From: Carcharhinus amblyrhynchos
Lineage: Eukaryota
Assembly: GCA_965287045.1 (NCBI GenBank)
Contig: OZ336871.1
Location: 66,588,001 to 66,652,000 of the forward strand
Direction: 5' to 3'
Length of the DNA: 64,000 nucleotides
In this document: one piece after another, positions 1 to 12,402 of the stretch
Numbering within the stretch: the first letter of the stretch is position 1
Layout of the letters: each line of letters starts with the position of its first letter
Translations under genes and position numbers: made by a program
Notes under the pieces: model-generated
The model's database searches: none
The model's input: only the letters and a program-made list of their open reading frames with translations
What the model was told of the DNA's origin: nothing

Positions 1-150
1 TGCCTTTAAGATGGAAATACCAGAGAGAAAGAACTAGATGGATATACTGATGAGGGTAAATCAAGTAGGGCATGAGATGGCTCATGTATAACATAAACAC
101 TGGCATGGACCTATTGGACCAGATGTCTTGTCTCTACTGTAAATGCTTCA
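1..150 (+). mobile_element. CR1 LINE 3' UTR fragment
   Basis: ATAAACACTGGCATGGACCTATTGGACCAGATG...CTGTAAAT resembles the chondrichthyan CR1 3' tail; a reverse-oriented relative lies at about 60170-60660. Confidence 0.6.
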
Positions 151-1439
151 TAATGCTGCACTTCGTATGCTAAATTGAAAGACTATAAAGCAGAGTGAAT
201 ATTTGATTTATTATTGAGGATAGTGTAGCCAGTATCATTGTTTATTGGGATATGGGAAATATTATTGGAGAAGCTTTGGAAAGTCTGGACTTGGTTATTT
301 TGTTCAATCACATGTATTTGTAAACTAAATCAGTTTCTAATTGACACTCAATTTTGTATCACCAGAGCATTCATCAGTTACACCCGTTGAAAAACAGAAG
401 AAGCACATGTGGAAACACAGACTAGATTATGGCACATCAAGGGGGTCACAGCACTACATCCTATGGGCTACATTATATATAAACAGGTATTGTTCAATGT
501 GCAACAACAATGGAATGTGAGAAGTATGGGTTGTGCTTACGGAAACAACCAAAGCTAATGTTTCTAAAGAAGCCCCTAAACTAAGGAAGGAATAAAATAT
601 TTAAAAAACAACTGATGAAAAGAATTCTTGCAAGTTTAGGTAACAAAGCCAATGTTCAGAGTGGACCAGGTGGACCCTAATTCATTCCTTGCTTTCTCCA
701 AAATCCTAATTCAAATTCCAATTGAATCCAATTCATGGTCCCCATAAGAGGGACAAACAAAATCCAAGTTGACAAGATAAGGCATTGCACCCTATCTTGG
801 GCTTGATCTGACGCTTGATCTTAATCCTGATTAAATGTGGCAGAGAGGAAACACATGACTTAATTGTTCTTCCAAGTGCAACATTGCATTTTATGCTTCA
901 ATACCACATTGCTTTACAACTGTTACATATAATTTTATCAGTATATGTGAGTGTGTGTTTTAAGAGCCTAAACTTCAAACTTGGATGTTTAGTGCAGATA
1001 ATCTAAGGTTTATGATGGTTATGCAAGAGCAATCCAGATGATGCCCATGGGGTTATTAACGATCATTTACTTCTTTGTAGCAACCTCGTAAATGTGTTTG
1101 TAAAGATTTCTGCTGTTCGGTAACTTTGGTGAAGTATTCCTTTCAAATGTGTTTACAATTAAGGTGGAAATAATGTTCAAATGAAGTTTAAGTCACATGC
1201 ACTGATAAAGGACTATTGAATATGTACAGGTGTAAATACGAAACAGAAGTAAAACAAAAGAAATGAATCTTAACAAGTACTTGGAAAAAACAAAATAAAA
1301 AATAATAATATCCTTTTTATTTATGCTGTTCTTTTCTACAGAAAGCCAGAAACAAGTAGCATTTGGTTTGATGAAAATTCACCTTGAGCAGTAAGAGATG
1401 GTGAAGGAAGAAGTAGGCAGTATTTGTACTTTACTTTAG

Positions 1440-1550
1440 ATTCAAATACAAAACCTTCAAGGGAAGAGCAGCAGCCTCAAACGCTAACCAGATTTGCTCT
1501 CTTTTTCTCAGATGCCGACTCACCTGATATGTATTTTACCTTTTTATTGC
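1440..1550 (+). mobile_element. Degenerate Penelope-like terminal repeat fragment
   Basis: GAAGAG..CTCAAACGCTAAC...TCTCAGATGCCGACTCACCTGATATGTATTT resembles the repeat at 41330-41500 and 54140-54260. Confidence 0.4.
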
Positions 1551-2029
1551 AAACAGCTCTTTATTCTATTTCTAGAAACATCATGCTGTTGGGTAAAATG
1601 AACTGCCAACAAGTAAACTGCGATTCACAGGAAAATAACAAGAGAAGATTTGTGAAATAGAAATTTTAAAAATTAATTAAAATTATGAAAGCAACACGAG
1701 AAATTAATAAAAACTTTGAAAGCATTAATTTATGAAATTAAAATTGCATTTGAAGTAAGGAAAATAGTCTACTGAATTAAGACATGCTTGGAAGAGTGAG
1801 ACTACAGCCAGACAGTTTCTATTAACTCACATTAGGAGCAATAGTCACTGATGTATTCACTTGCGCTTGTTTTATCAGTTGACTTTGGATGTTGCTTTAA
1901 GGCTATAAGAGTGTATATGTTAATAAGTAATATGTGTATATACTTAAAGGAGCAATTAAAATTTCAATATTCATTTTAAAATACAGTCATCAAGAATTAA
2001 CGTTCTTCTTTAATCTATTTCTGTGGACG

Positions 2030-2910
2030 AGCGTGAGTGCCTATGTCATCATTAGGCAGACAATGAAATTGAGATAAATTTAGAGTTGCGATGTCAGGAT
2101 TGCTAAAGCACCCCCGCATCTTTGCTGATGTTAATTCAGCTCCCTTCCAAGTGAATTCCCCTGATGATGTAATCAGCCCTTGCTGTTTAAACAAGACTAT
2201 TTGCAAAATCAGTATAAACATACAGAACCACCTCCACCAAAAAATTAAAGCTAATCACAACTCTTCATAATTGTTATCAAAGAGTCACTGACAACCAAGC
2301 TTCCTTTATTAAAAAAAAGACTTCATGCAGATTACTGCAGCCTTTAGTTTTGCAAGGCTAGGATTAATACATCTAAATACTTTGATTGAATAATGCAGAC
2401 TAAAATAGCATTATTTCATTATAATTCTATTTCACATAATTAACTGTAATCAAAATCCTACACTTGATTTGCTGATTATTGACTTTGAATCCTTAAGACC
2501 GCGGAATTGAAATTCCAGGGAGGAAACTTTGTGACAGAAAATAACTGTACTTTTTTTTAACAGCTGCCTCACCTGCACTTTTCATTTCCTATGAGGTGCG
2601 GTGGCAAAACTGCATCTTTCAACTGTCCCTCTTTTATCTGAGGCAGTGGATGACAGGTAATCTAGTTGAAAGTTCCTAGAATTGCACCACCAGAAAAACA
2701 CTGGCTGATGAAATCTGAGCAGTTATCAGCCTAACCATCACCTGTCAAGCTTACTGCTTCAATTTAAGGGTGCATCAATTTTCTGAAGAGGAAATCAAGG
2801 GCAAAGAATAAAAGCAGCACAGATAAACAGTGACAAAGGCCCTTTCTGCTTTTTATTTATGATGGGATGTACTATCACAGGGTGTACTGTGAAGCTTTAT
2901 CAACTGCCCT
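2030..2910. promoter_or_regulatory. Candidate conserved non-coding element cluster (enhancer-like)
   Basis: Repeat-free unique sequence with TGACAG/CTGTCA (Meis/TALE), GATAA and TTTAT motifs; conservation is inferred, not tested. Confidence 0.4.
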
Positions 2911-3589
2911 GATACATTCCAGATAGGTAGGAATTCTTTGGTCATTGATGAAGTGCCATACTTAAACTTACTGAAAGGGCAGGAGATTCTAACTGAAAAT
3001 TACTTTCACTAAATACCACAAAGATATTGAAGCTGGAAAGAGCCAGAGAGATGGAACAAATGACAGTTGCATGTAGCAATGAACCTCACTGTTTCCACCG
3101 CTGGCAGACATGACTGATTAGAGTCAGAACATGAAAGAATGTTTTCTCAAAGCCGAAGAGCATATTGTGTAAAGTGTCAGGTGCAAAGAGTTCATATGTT
3201 CTTCTCAGTAAAATGTGAAAGCATTTTCTGCCAGTAATTTCTACTATGTGCTCTGTCATTGTTCCTATTTAGTTACCAGCCAGGTTTATAGATGCGAGTC
3301 CTCAAAGATTCTGAAATTCAGCCACAAGAGCAATCAAAAGACAACTGAATCATTTTAAAATCAGAACAGAAGTCAAGACAAGTTCTCAGTCAGAAAAAAT
3401 GACAATCCACTAACAGATTTTGGCATCATATTTTAATAGACTCATATTGGATTAATTAAGGGAGTGAAAGACTTGACAAATTGTCATATGCCTTTTTAAA
3501 AAAATGATCCGAATGCTCAAGTAACAATTTTTCATTAATATTTAGGAATTGTTAGCTCAGTGTGTAATTTTATTGCATGTCCAATTAAA

Positions 3590-4165
3590 GGGTCGAGCTG
3601 TGAGAGTAAAGCCTCATAGCTTTAGGTGGTTACCATTGCAGCAACCAGGAGACTTTGAGAGCCTGGCAGAGTCAATGTGGGAAAATGAAAGGGTGAATAT
3701 AGATGAAAGAGGTACCACTCCAAGGTGGATTGTTGAGGCTGCAGGGCTTACTTTTCCTGGCCTTTGTCCCTCTTTGTCCTTTGGAGCATCTGGCTTTGGT
3801 TCCACCACACCTCCCCAAACCCCTGCCCACCTCACCCACCTCCCTCTCCTCTCTACGTCCTCTGGTTGCCAGAGAGAGGAAGCCTCCATGAAGCTGGTGG
3901 CCAACATATGTTGCTAGGGAGATAGTTCACTGGCAGCAAAATGCTTTAATAGAGACTGTAAGTATGTAAATCAATAGGCTGCCCCTTTGGAGCAGGGCAG
4001 CCAATCTGCTGTGCAGCACATCCTTGGGAAAATGCCCTGGTGGCAGGACCAAAAATGGGACATCCTGACAGTATTTCATCTCTCACCCCACCACACCCCC
4101 TCCCCCTCCACTCCCTCGCCCACCCAATTCTAGCCTTCCACCAAGGGAGCGGTAAAGTTCTGGAC
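3590..4165 (-). mobile_element. Non-autonomous Harbinger-type remnant with decayed Myb/SANT-like first exon
   Basis: ORF 3614-3907(-) ATSFMEASSL...DVERRG resembles the APxFSxxxLxxLxxxVExRR start of Harbinger Myb-like proteins; it runs into a GTAAG donor; the right end GTAAAGTTCTGGAC is TIR-like. Confidence 0.45.
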
Positions 4166-4469
4166 AAAGTGTTTTTTTTGTTGTGGAAAAACACTCCATT
4201 CAGAAAAAGATGTTTGTTAAATTGTTATATTGGTGAAAGAAAGAAGAACCAGAATTTTATTGTCAAAATGCTGCTATGTGCATGTAACACATTGACGTAT
4301 TTTGATCTAATTTTTGCTAACGGGTTGTGCTGTTAGTAAATAAATAACAAAGACATCCTGGACATGTCATCTTGGTGATAATACCGCCCTAATTTAGAGT
4401 CAGATAAAGAAATAGGCAATAAAAAAGTATTTGCATACAAATGCATTAAAGCATCATCACTGACATCCT

Positions 4470-4606
4470 GGCCAGAATTCTTCGGTTGGTCATGCCCCGC
4501 CGCTGCTGCAAGCGAGGACCAAGAATTTGGCACTCAGCCAAACCTCCATTCACCACAGTGGGACCAGAGAATCCCACTGGTGTGAACAGTCGGAGAACTC
4601 CAGCCT
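4470..4606. mobile_element. Harbinger-type MITE (about 135 bp)
   Basis: Ends GGCCAGAATTCT / GGAGAACTCCAGCC are imperfect TIRs; a second copy of the family is at 61060-61195. Confidence 0.7.
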
Positions 4607-4929
4607 CTATGTTGTATTTTTACCCATTAGTCTTTCTGTTTTTCAGGTCATCATGAAAATTGACTGAGTTGAATGAAAGGCTTCCTGTATATAATTTTAC
4701 AAGACACATCTATTAAAACTTCCAACTAAAAGCTTTCAATTTTACCTTTAAAAAGTGGAAATAAAATCTAACTTAATCGAGTTAAATTTTAAAAAATAAT
4801 CCCTTTGTGACAACAGCAGTATAACCTCATATTGATTCAAGTGTGCTTTACTTGAAGGCAGGTCCTTGGCTCCCTGTCTGCTGATACTTCATCCTGAGCA
4901 GTTTTCTTGACAGTTTTTGTCTGCCATTG

Positions 4930-5060
4930 CTTTGCACACTCTGAGGCTGAGCAAGGAGGTGGATCCTAAGTCCGCTTCAGCTGGAACAGGAAATGAACCC
5001 ACACTGTGGTGGCATTATTCTCAAACTCATGCTAACCATCCAGCCAACTGACTGGCACCC
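4930..5060 (-). mobile_element. tRNA-derived SINE head, degenerate
   Basis: Minus strand reads CAGTCAGTTGGCTGGATGG...GTGGGTTCATTTCC, i.e. A-box and B-box-like. Confidence 0.5.
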
Positions 5061-6959
5061 CAGAACCTCAGTGCACCAATGGATTAGAAAAAGTCCCAAT
5101 ACATTTTACCAAGCCACAATCAGGCACAAATCATTTATAAACAAATATAGGTCGGATAACTGTCATGATTTGTAAAGTAGGTGTAAAGCATATGGAGACA
5201 ATGCTTCAAGAATCTCATTAACTGTTCTGTCTGTAAAGCAGGGAAAAATATAATGATGCTACAGTTTGATATTTTGTGTGGTGAACAATGTGAGCTTCCT
5301 TTAGTTAATAATGGCTAACTTTAAAAGAAGCTGGAAGTTGCAGAGAACCAAACAGTTGCTCATAAACATAATTTCCAACTGGCATTAATTTGTTAATGAC
5401 CTTGTTTCCAGTGTGTGAATGTTGCAATTTCACTCTTTCAGCCAGCTTATGTTTTTAGAATGCTACTAAGCACAACCCGTGAAAAATCAGTGTATCTGAA
5501 TCTTCTTTGTCTCATTTCTCAGAAGAGGGAATATTACAAAATAGTGAATAGATATGATGAAGGGAAAATAATAGGACCAAAATAAAGAATTTGGGGAAAT
5601 ATTGTATATAATCATGTGAATTTTGCACAGTGTAACAAATCAATAAAGTTTCTAACAGTTCAGCATAAATTGACATGGTTTTGTTATATAACAACTTAAT
5701 GGCAAAAAAGTTTACAGACAGGCTCAGAAATGATCAACTTGCCAGTTTTAGATATATAGATTTAATTGAAAATCTGTGTCATGTTTCCTAACTATGCTAT
5801 ACATTCATATGCCGTTCTAAATGTTGGCACACTGCCAGACTAAGTGCACTGTAATAGCCACAGAAACAGGGAGAAAATGGACTATAAACCACAGTGCAGA
5901 ATACTGCTCCTGCATAGGTTCTGTCACACTAACACAACACCAGTAAAACTCTGATTTTATGGTTTGACATTCTCAGACATATTACACACAAAGTAACAGA
6001 CTACTGGATCACAAATTACACAGAATTCAAATTAGTATTTTGTTATTATTTCTAAAGACAATGTTAAGTATTTATCTTTCCTTTTCACTCAAACTAATTA
6101 CTCTTCATTGTACAGTAATAATGAACAGAGGCTAATTCACTCATATTTATTTGCACATTTTTCCCCATTAGCCACGGTTTAATCTAATGAATCACATTTA
6201 GTGCAAGGCAAAGTACAAAAGGCTGTTTATATGGCTTGATTCTATTTGTGTTAGAACAGAATTTAACAGAAAGGCACTTCACTAAAAAAAGCTAGAACTG
6301 TTAAAAAGGCTTTATGTAAAAGTATTTATATAGATAATAAACAAAAAGCTATTTTCTTCTCAATTCTCAATGCATTGGGTCTGTGGGCCTGTCCTAATTT
6401 CCATTTTATATACAATTTCAAATGAAGTATGCATTTAAACATTTAATTGTACAACAAACTGAATATGAGGTAGGACTGAGAGAACCACTGAATACATTTA
6501 TGAGCATGATTTAAGTATTTACCTATGTGGTAAACAAACACTATTCTTGTGATGTCTGTGTTACTTGTGGCTGTTTGCAGCAGTTTATTAGCATTCTTTG
6601 TCTCTTCACATATTTGTGTTTAGTGTTTTCTCTTCATTGTTATTTATAGTTTTCACATTGGTTTGATATGAAAATAGTTTTATTTCAAACACATTTGTTA
6701 TTGCAAACATTACTAAAAAAAGGTGATAACTTATTTTCCATGTTTCATTTTGATTTTCCTAAGCCTGTTTGCCATGTATATTTCTCAAAATTGATTGCTT
6801 CTGTTTCTATGAACATTGTGGACTATAATCATTAGAGTAAAGAATATTATTTTAATAAACAGTAATATAATACTTAAATTTGATTGAATAAAAGTAAACT
6901 GTGGTTCAAAATGATTAATTCCTACCTTTACAAAACCGGACATAAATGATTCTCATCTT

Positions 6960-7900
6960 ATTTGGAATGATATGCTGAAATTAATGCTAATTACACCCAG
7001 TTTGCTCATGCAAATTAAAATAATTACAACTCGACAGTCTCGTCATACTCACATCTCATATCTTCAGTAAACTTGCTTGTACTTCAAAGTGTGTGACATT
7101 GCTTTCCATTACGAAAAACGGCATTTCAGTCCTGCATAAACCATAGCTTATTAAAGCAAATATGCTTTTTACACATCACTCCCCGTCGAACAGGAAGAAT
7201 GGTGTTTAAATGCCTCTTATGCACAAAGGAATTGTTCTGTGTGTTAACACTATGCTTTGATATAAAAATGAAATACTTGATTAAGATCATAAAAAGAATT
7301 GGATACATTATTAGAATGGTGATGATATATGTAATTGATTTACGCAGTTACTGTTCTTATTGTTACAGTTCTGAATACCTTCAGTCACAATTTCTAAGCC
7401 TGGAGAGTTTACAATCCTGTTGGACATGGGCGGCAGTAATAATATATCACTGCTGGACTGTCTGCATATAATGACTTTGCTTTCTACCCCCTACCTAACT
7501 ATGTCAACTAGCAGCACAGTCTGTTCTGTGTTCCTCCTACACAGTTATCAGCCATGCCTCTACTTACTTGAACATTTTCTTCTATGATCATGGTGCAAAT
7601 AACATAATTTGCATATTCTTTGTGCTTTTGACAACTTTTCGCAAAAATATACAAATTGTTCAACAATGAACTTGAGCACTTTTTTTCCCTGCGCTTTTTC
7701 TGGCATTTCCCTCCAACTGACAATACCTTCATCCCGTCTTTGTAGTAAATCTAATTGCAGGAAATTGACTTTGTCAGAGATTAGATCAAAGGGAGCAGGA
7801 GGAAGAAATATCTCCGTTAAATTTATTCCAGCTTAATAGAAAAGAATAACAAAACACGCACATTAGTGAGATGCTATCCTAAAAGGTTAAGCGTCTCTTT
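6960..7900. promoter_or_regulatory. Candidate CNE cluster with POU and Sox motifs
   Basis: ATGCTAAT 6984-6991, ATGCAAAT 7008-7015, ATTTGCAT 7607-7614 next to CTTTGT, several ACAAT/ACAAAG; no repeats. Confidence 0.45.
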
Positions 7901-8234
7901 TCGTTACTAATTAAAATAAACAAACAAATAAATAAATTCATTTTTTTAGAAGTGAGGATGCAGCGAAAACACTAGTTACAGTGGCACTGTGACTGTCAAG
8001 TATTATGTGAGCAATAACAAATTAGCAGGAGTTTAAGATAATTAAAAAACACAAACTAATTGGTGTGGATCATACATAAACATTATTTTTAACCCAAGCT
8101 CCTCAGAGTTTCTTATGTGCCCTTAGTAATTACAGGAGGCCTGTTCTTTCACCATCTTTGCACAGGGTGTGATTCAGAGATAAAGGCTCTCATATTTACA
8201 GGGAGGCGGGCAGGTTGCAAAGGGACATGTTTAT

Positions 8235-9268
8235 GAAGAGAAATTCTGAAATTCAGCAACATGGTGTTCCCGATGAATTTAATGGTAAGATTTCATTATA
8301 ATTATTTTTAAAAACTCCATTTCTCGCCTGGTAGCCAGACTGTCTGAAAGTCTTATTGGTAGCTGGGCAGGAAAGTCAACAGCAGAAGGCAGCAGCCAGG
8401 AATGGTCCCTGGAAATCACCGACTTGGTGGGGGAGACTAAGCAGGCAATTGAGAGGGAGAGGTCCTGAAGGTCCTGAGCTCTCTTAAAGAACTTACAGAA
8501 TCCCTACAGTGCAGAAGGAGGCCAATAGGCCCATCGAGTCTACTCTGACTTTCTGAGACAGCATCTTACCTAGGCTCACCCTTGCCCTATCCCTGTAACC
8601 CCGTGCATTTACCCTGCTAATCCCCCTAACCTACACATCTTGGGACACTAAGGGACAATTTATCATGGCCAGTCCATTTAACCTGCACATCTTTGGACCG
8701 TAGGAGGGAATCCACTCAGACACAGGGAGAACATGCAAACTCCAAGCAGCCACCCAAGACTAGAATCAAACCCAGGTCCCTGGGGTTGGAGACAACAGTG
8801 CTAACCTCTGTGCCGCCGTGCCATCCACACGGTTTGAAGTTTGGAGGAGGGCACTCAGAAGATTTGCTTGACGGGCCAAGTGGAGCCCGTCTGTTCAGCC
8901 CAGCTCATAAGGAGTGTTTGGAGAAGCATTTACCTGCTGAATCCATCTGCCTTCACCATCTTTTCTTTGCCAGCTTTCCTGAGTCTGTGAAACTTGGCTG
9001 GCCTGCTTTCAATTTAAATGGCTGCCAAAATATTAAAAACAGGGCCTCATTTACATATTATAATTATGGATTTGTCTATCCAGAGAAGGAAAGAAACAGT
9101 GAAACGGGGAAATACAAGTGCTGGTCTCAACTGGTCTTGCATACCTTAAAGTTGGACCCCAATGAAAGGGGGAATAAGAAAACTGGTCCAAACTTTTGGG
9201 AGCCCAAAACCTGTGGCAGCAAATTGGAAGCTGGAGCTTTGGGGTTGGATTTTGAAAATTTGCCAGTT
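8235..9268. mobile_element. Non-autonomous DNA element (Harbinger-like), interrupted by an HE1 SINE
   Basis: GC-richer block ending in TIR-like GAAAATTTGCC; boundaries approximate. Confidence 0.35.
8488..8822 (-). mobile_element. HE1-type V-SINE
   Basis: Minus strand has a tRNA head (GGCACGGCGGCACAGAGGTTAGCAC...GGGTTTGATTC), V-domain-like core and CR1-derived tail (GATGGGCC...CTGCACTGTAGGGATTCT). Confidence 0.9.
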
Positions 9269-9382
9269 TAACTCCACTGCAACCCTCTCCTTCCTATCAA
9301 GGGGAAGGTTTAAGTAACCTCTAGTGTGTTTTAACGTGCCTCTGATTGTAAGGGTGTGACACTAGAGTTTGTGGCCTGTCAG

Positions 9383-10298
9383 CAATGGCGGATTAACCAT
9401 TAGGCTGAGTAGACTTAAACCTAGAGTCTCGGAAGGGAGGGGGGGCCTGAGAGCAAAAAAAATTGGTTTAACCCTTTTAAGAGTGAATATATATTCATAA
9501 CTAATATTAATAATTAATATAACAAATACCTATATATAGAGGAGCTTCACCTTGGACTTGTACTACAGCAAATAAATACAAAATAAATGCAACAAAGAGT
9601 TTATTGTCATGCTATAATATGTATACACACTTATTTTAGTGCATACTTAGTTGCATATAGTACTTTTTTCAACATTCACCCTTACATAGTATTAGTCCCA
9701 CACCACAGCACGATGACTGTCGCCACTGCCTCCAGTGCTAACAATGTATCATCAAATTCATGAGCATCATCCGATAATTCACCAATATCAACATTGAAAT
9801 CCTCAGCATCTAAATCACTCCCACTATTGACTGCACGAGGTGTATCCAAATACATACATTTGCTTTAGAATTTATCTGTCCTTAATGATCACTAAACTGT
9901 TCAGGTGAGCGTTCATTTTCGGCACTGAAGAGGATCAAAATTTATTTGCACTCAACAATGAGCGATCAGAAACTTAGTCATCTGGCACTCATACACATTG
10001 AATCAGACATGCTTTGATCTGTTGATTTACATGCTGTTACGGACACTTTTGTAAACCAAAAAGCACGGAAGCTTTTTAAAGTATAAATGTAAAGAAAATG
10101 AAAAATAAATGAATAAAAGGGCAATAATTGATTCATGTAACGTTATGATATTACACATGTAGGACATTATGCATAGCACAACGATATAAGTTATCTAACG
10201 TCACTTTACATCACTTTATTCTATTCAGCGAAAGGTGGGGCAAGGGGGCAAGGTCAGGGGGCCTTACTAAAGTCTGGGTGGTAGTTAATCCGCCACTG
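9383..10298 (+). mobile_element. Non-autonomous hAT transposon (Tip100/ZMYM1-like) deletion derivative
   Basis: 15-bp TIRs CAATGGCGGATTAAC / GTTAATCCGCCACTG (14/15 match); 8-bp TSD CCTGTCAG 9375-9382 vs TCTATCAG 10299-10306 (6/8); internal hAT dimerization-domain remnant. Confidence 0.9.
9840..10087 (+). pseudogene. hAT transposase C-terminal dimerization domain remnant
   Basis: VYPNTYICFRIYLSLMIT, frameshift, then SGERSFSALKRIKIYLHSTMSDQKLSHLALIHIESDML*SVD...FVNQKARK; this is the classic ERSFS..KRIK.YLRSTM motif. Confidence 0.85.
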
Positions 10299-10989
10299 TC
10301 TATCAGTGTTATAGTGAGCAACTACTATGTTCACCTTCCATGGGAAAATTTTAAGAAGATGTTCAAGGAATGGAAAATGTATTTATATTTGTATTGAAAT
10401 GGTGGCATTATGGATAGAAAGGACGATTAATTACTGAAATAAAACTTGAGTGGTGGAGTATTTGTTTGAGTAGTTGGGGTTGTCCAAGGATAAAACTTGT
10501 CACCAGGGCCATAAGTGGGAGCTGACGCCCCCCCAGCAGATAATGGGACTCTGGGGCATGAATTTTCCTATGGCGATCAATTAGTAGGATTCCACTGGAA
10601 CTGCCATTTAGTTGAGGATGACGGCTGGGCCCCAGAATTGCCTGCCACTCAGAGGGTTGGCAGCTCAGCAGACTCAGCTAGCAGTGACCAGTGACGATCT
10701 GCACCATTAAGTAAAAGGCTACTTAATATTGTGGTAGGCAGGCTCTGGTTATCAATGGAGGGATGGAGTTGCCTAACATGTGGAGGCAACTGTTACAACT
10801 GTGGGTGGGGCAGACACTCCATAGCACATGAAGCAGCTTTTGAGGAGTGCCGAACCTGATGTGGTGACAGGATCTCTCAATGTGTTCAAATGCCAGCGGG
10901 GCCGCCAAGTGCCCCTTCTTTGGTTCTTTCATGGTGAACTGGCTGTCGACTGGACAATCCAAACATTTGGGTTCCCACAACTGGTAATA

Positions 10990-12402
10990 TGAGGTGAGAT
11001 GAGAGTGATCGCCCTTGACATCAAAGCAACATGAGACTGAATGTGTCATGAAGGAGACCTAGGAAAGCTGGAGTCAGTGGAAATCAAAGGGAAAGTTCTC
11101 CATTGACTGGAGTCAGACCTAGCTCAAAGGTTGTTGGAGGCCAATCATCTCAGTCAAGAGATATCACTGCAGGCATTCCTCAGGGTAGTGTCCTAGGCTT
11201 AACCATCTGCAGCTGCTTCATCAATGACTTTTCTTCCATCATAAGGTCAGAGGTGAAGACGTTTGCTGATGAATGCTTAACATGTATCATCATTCCTCAG
11301 TTACGTAAGTCGACCTGAGCAATATTCAGGCTTGAGCTAATAAACGGTAAATAAAAATACACGCCACACAAGGGCCAGGCAATGACCATCTAAAACAAGA
11401 CAGAATCTAACCACCCCCTCGACAATCAATGGCATTACCATTGCTGAATTCCCCATGATCAACATCCTGGGGGTTACCATTGATCAGAAAATTATAAATA
11501 CTGTGACTACTAAAGCAGGTCAGAGGCTAGGAATTCCTTTTTACACTCCCCAAAACCTGTCCACTATCTACAAGGTACAAGTCAGTAGTATGATGAAAAT
11601 CTCTGCACTTGCCTGGATGAGTGCAGCTCCAACAATACTCAAGAAGCTTGACACCATCCAGGACAAAACAGATCGCTTGATTAACATCCCAACCATTATA
11701 ATAAACATTCATTCCCTCCACCACCTAACGCACAGTGGCAGTGGTGTGTACCATCTACAAGATGCACTGCAGGAACTGTGGGTAGCACTGCTGCTTCACA
11801 GCTCCAGTGACTTGGGTTCGATTCCCAGCTTGGGTCACTGTCTGTGTGGAGGTTGCACATTATCCTCGTCTCTGCATGGGTTTCCTCCAGGGGCTCCGGT
11901 TTCCCCCCACGGTCCAAAAATTGCCCCTTAGTGTTCTGAGATGTGTAGGTTAGAAGGATTAGCAGGTAATTATGTAGGGATATGGGAATAGGGCCTGGGT
12001 GGGATTGTGGTTGGTGTAGACTCGATGGGCCAAATGGACTCTTTCTGCACTGTAGGGTTTCGATGATTGTATGAACTCAGCAAGATCTTTTGACAGCACC
12101 TTCCAAAGCCTTGACTTCTACCACTAGAAGGACAAGGGCAGCAGATGCATCGGATCACCAGCAATTGCAAGTTCCCATCCAAGTCACACACCATCCTGAC
12201 TTGGAATTATATCACCGCTCCTTTGTTACTGGGCCAAAATTCTAGAACTCCCTTCCAAACAGTCTTTGCCTGTTCCTATAAAGCAAGCACCACAGCAGTT
12301 CAAGAAGGCAGCACACCACCACCTTTTCAAGAGCACTTAGGGATGGGTAATAAATGTTGGCTTTGCCAATGATGCCCATATCCCATGAATGAAGAAAAAT
12401 AA
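10990..12402 (+). mobile_element. CR1-group LINE, 5'-truncated (RT region plus 3' tail), interrupted by HE1 SINE
   Basis: ALDIKA, GIPQGSVLG...FINDFSSIIRSEV..FADE and NILGVTIDQK RT motifs; 3' tail GGGATGGGTAATAAATG...CCCATGAATGAAGAAAAA. Confidence 0.9.
11778..12072 (+). mobile_element. HE1-type V-SINE nested in LINE
   Basis: GTAGCACTGCTGCTTCACAGCTCCAG...GGGTTCGATTCC head and CR1 tail; GAACT occurs on both sides and the LINE resumes after it. Confidence 0.9.

Noticed and set aside
1342-1390. Possible plus-strand exon (strong acceptor at 1341, GCA|GTAAGA donor)
   Set aside because: No partner exons, no recognisable peptide and a weak donor context; similar isolated plus-strand acceptors at about 4646 and 44977 were also dropped
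8693-9271. 192-aa ORF
   Set aside because: It starts inside an antisense HE1 SINE and continues in a non-autonomous repeat; no domain motif
11455-11931. 158-aa ORF
   Set aside because: Chimera of a decayed LINE C terminus and the nested HE1 SINE
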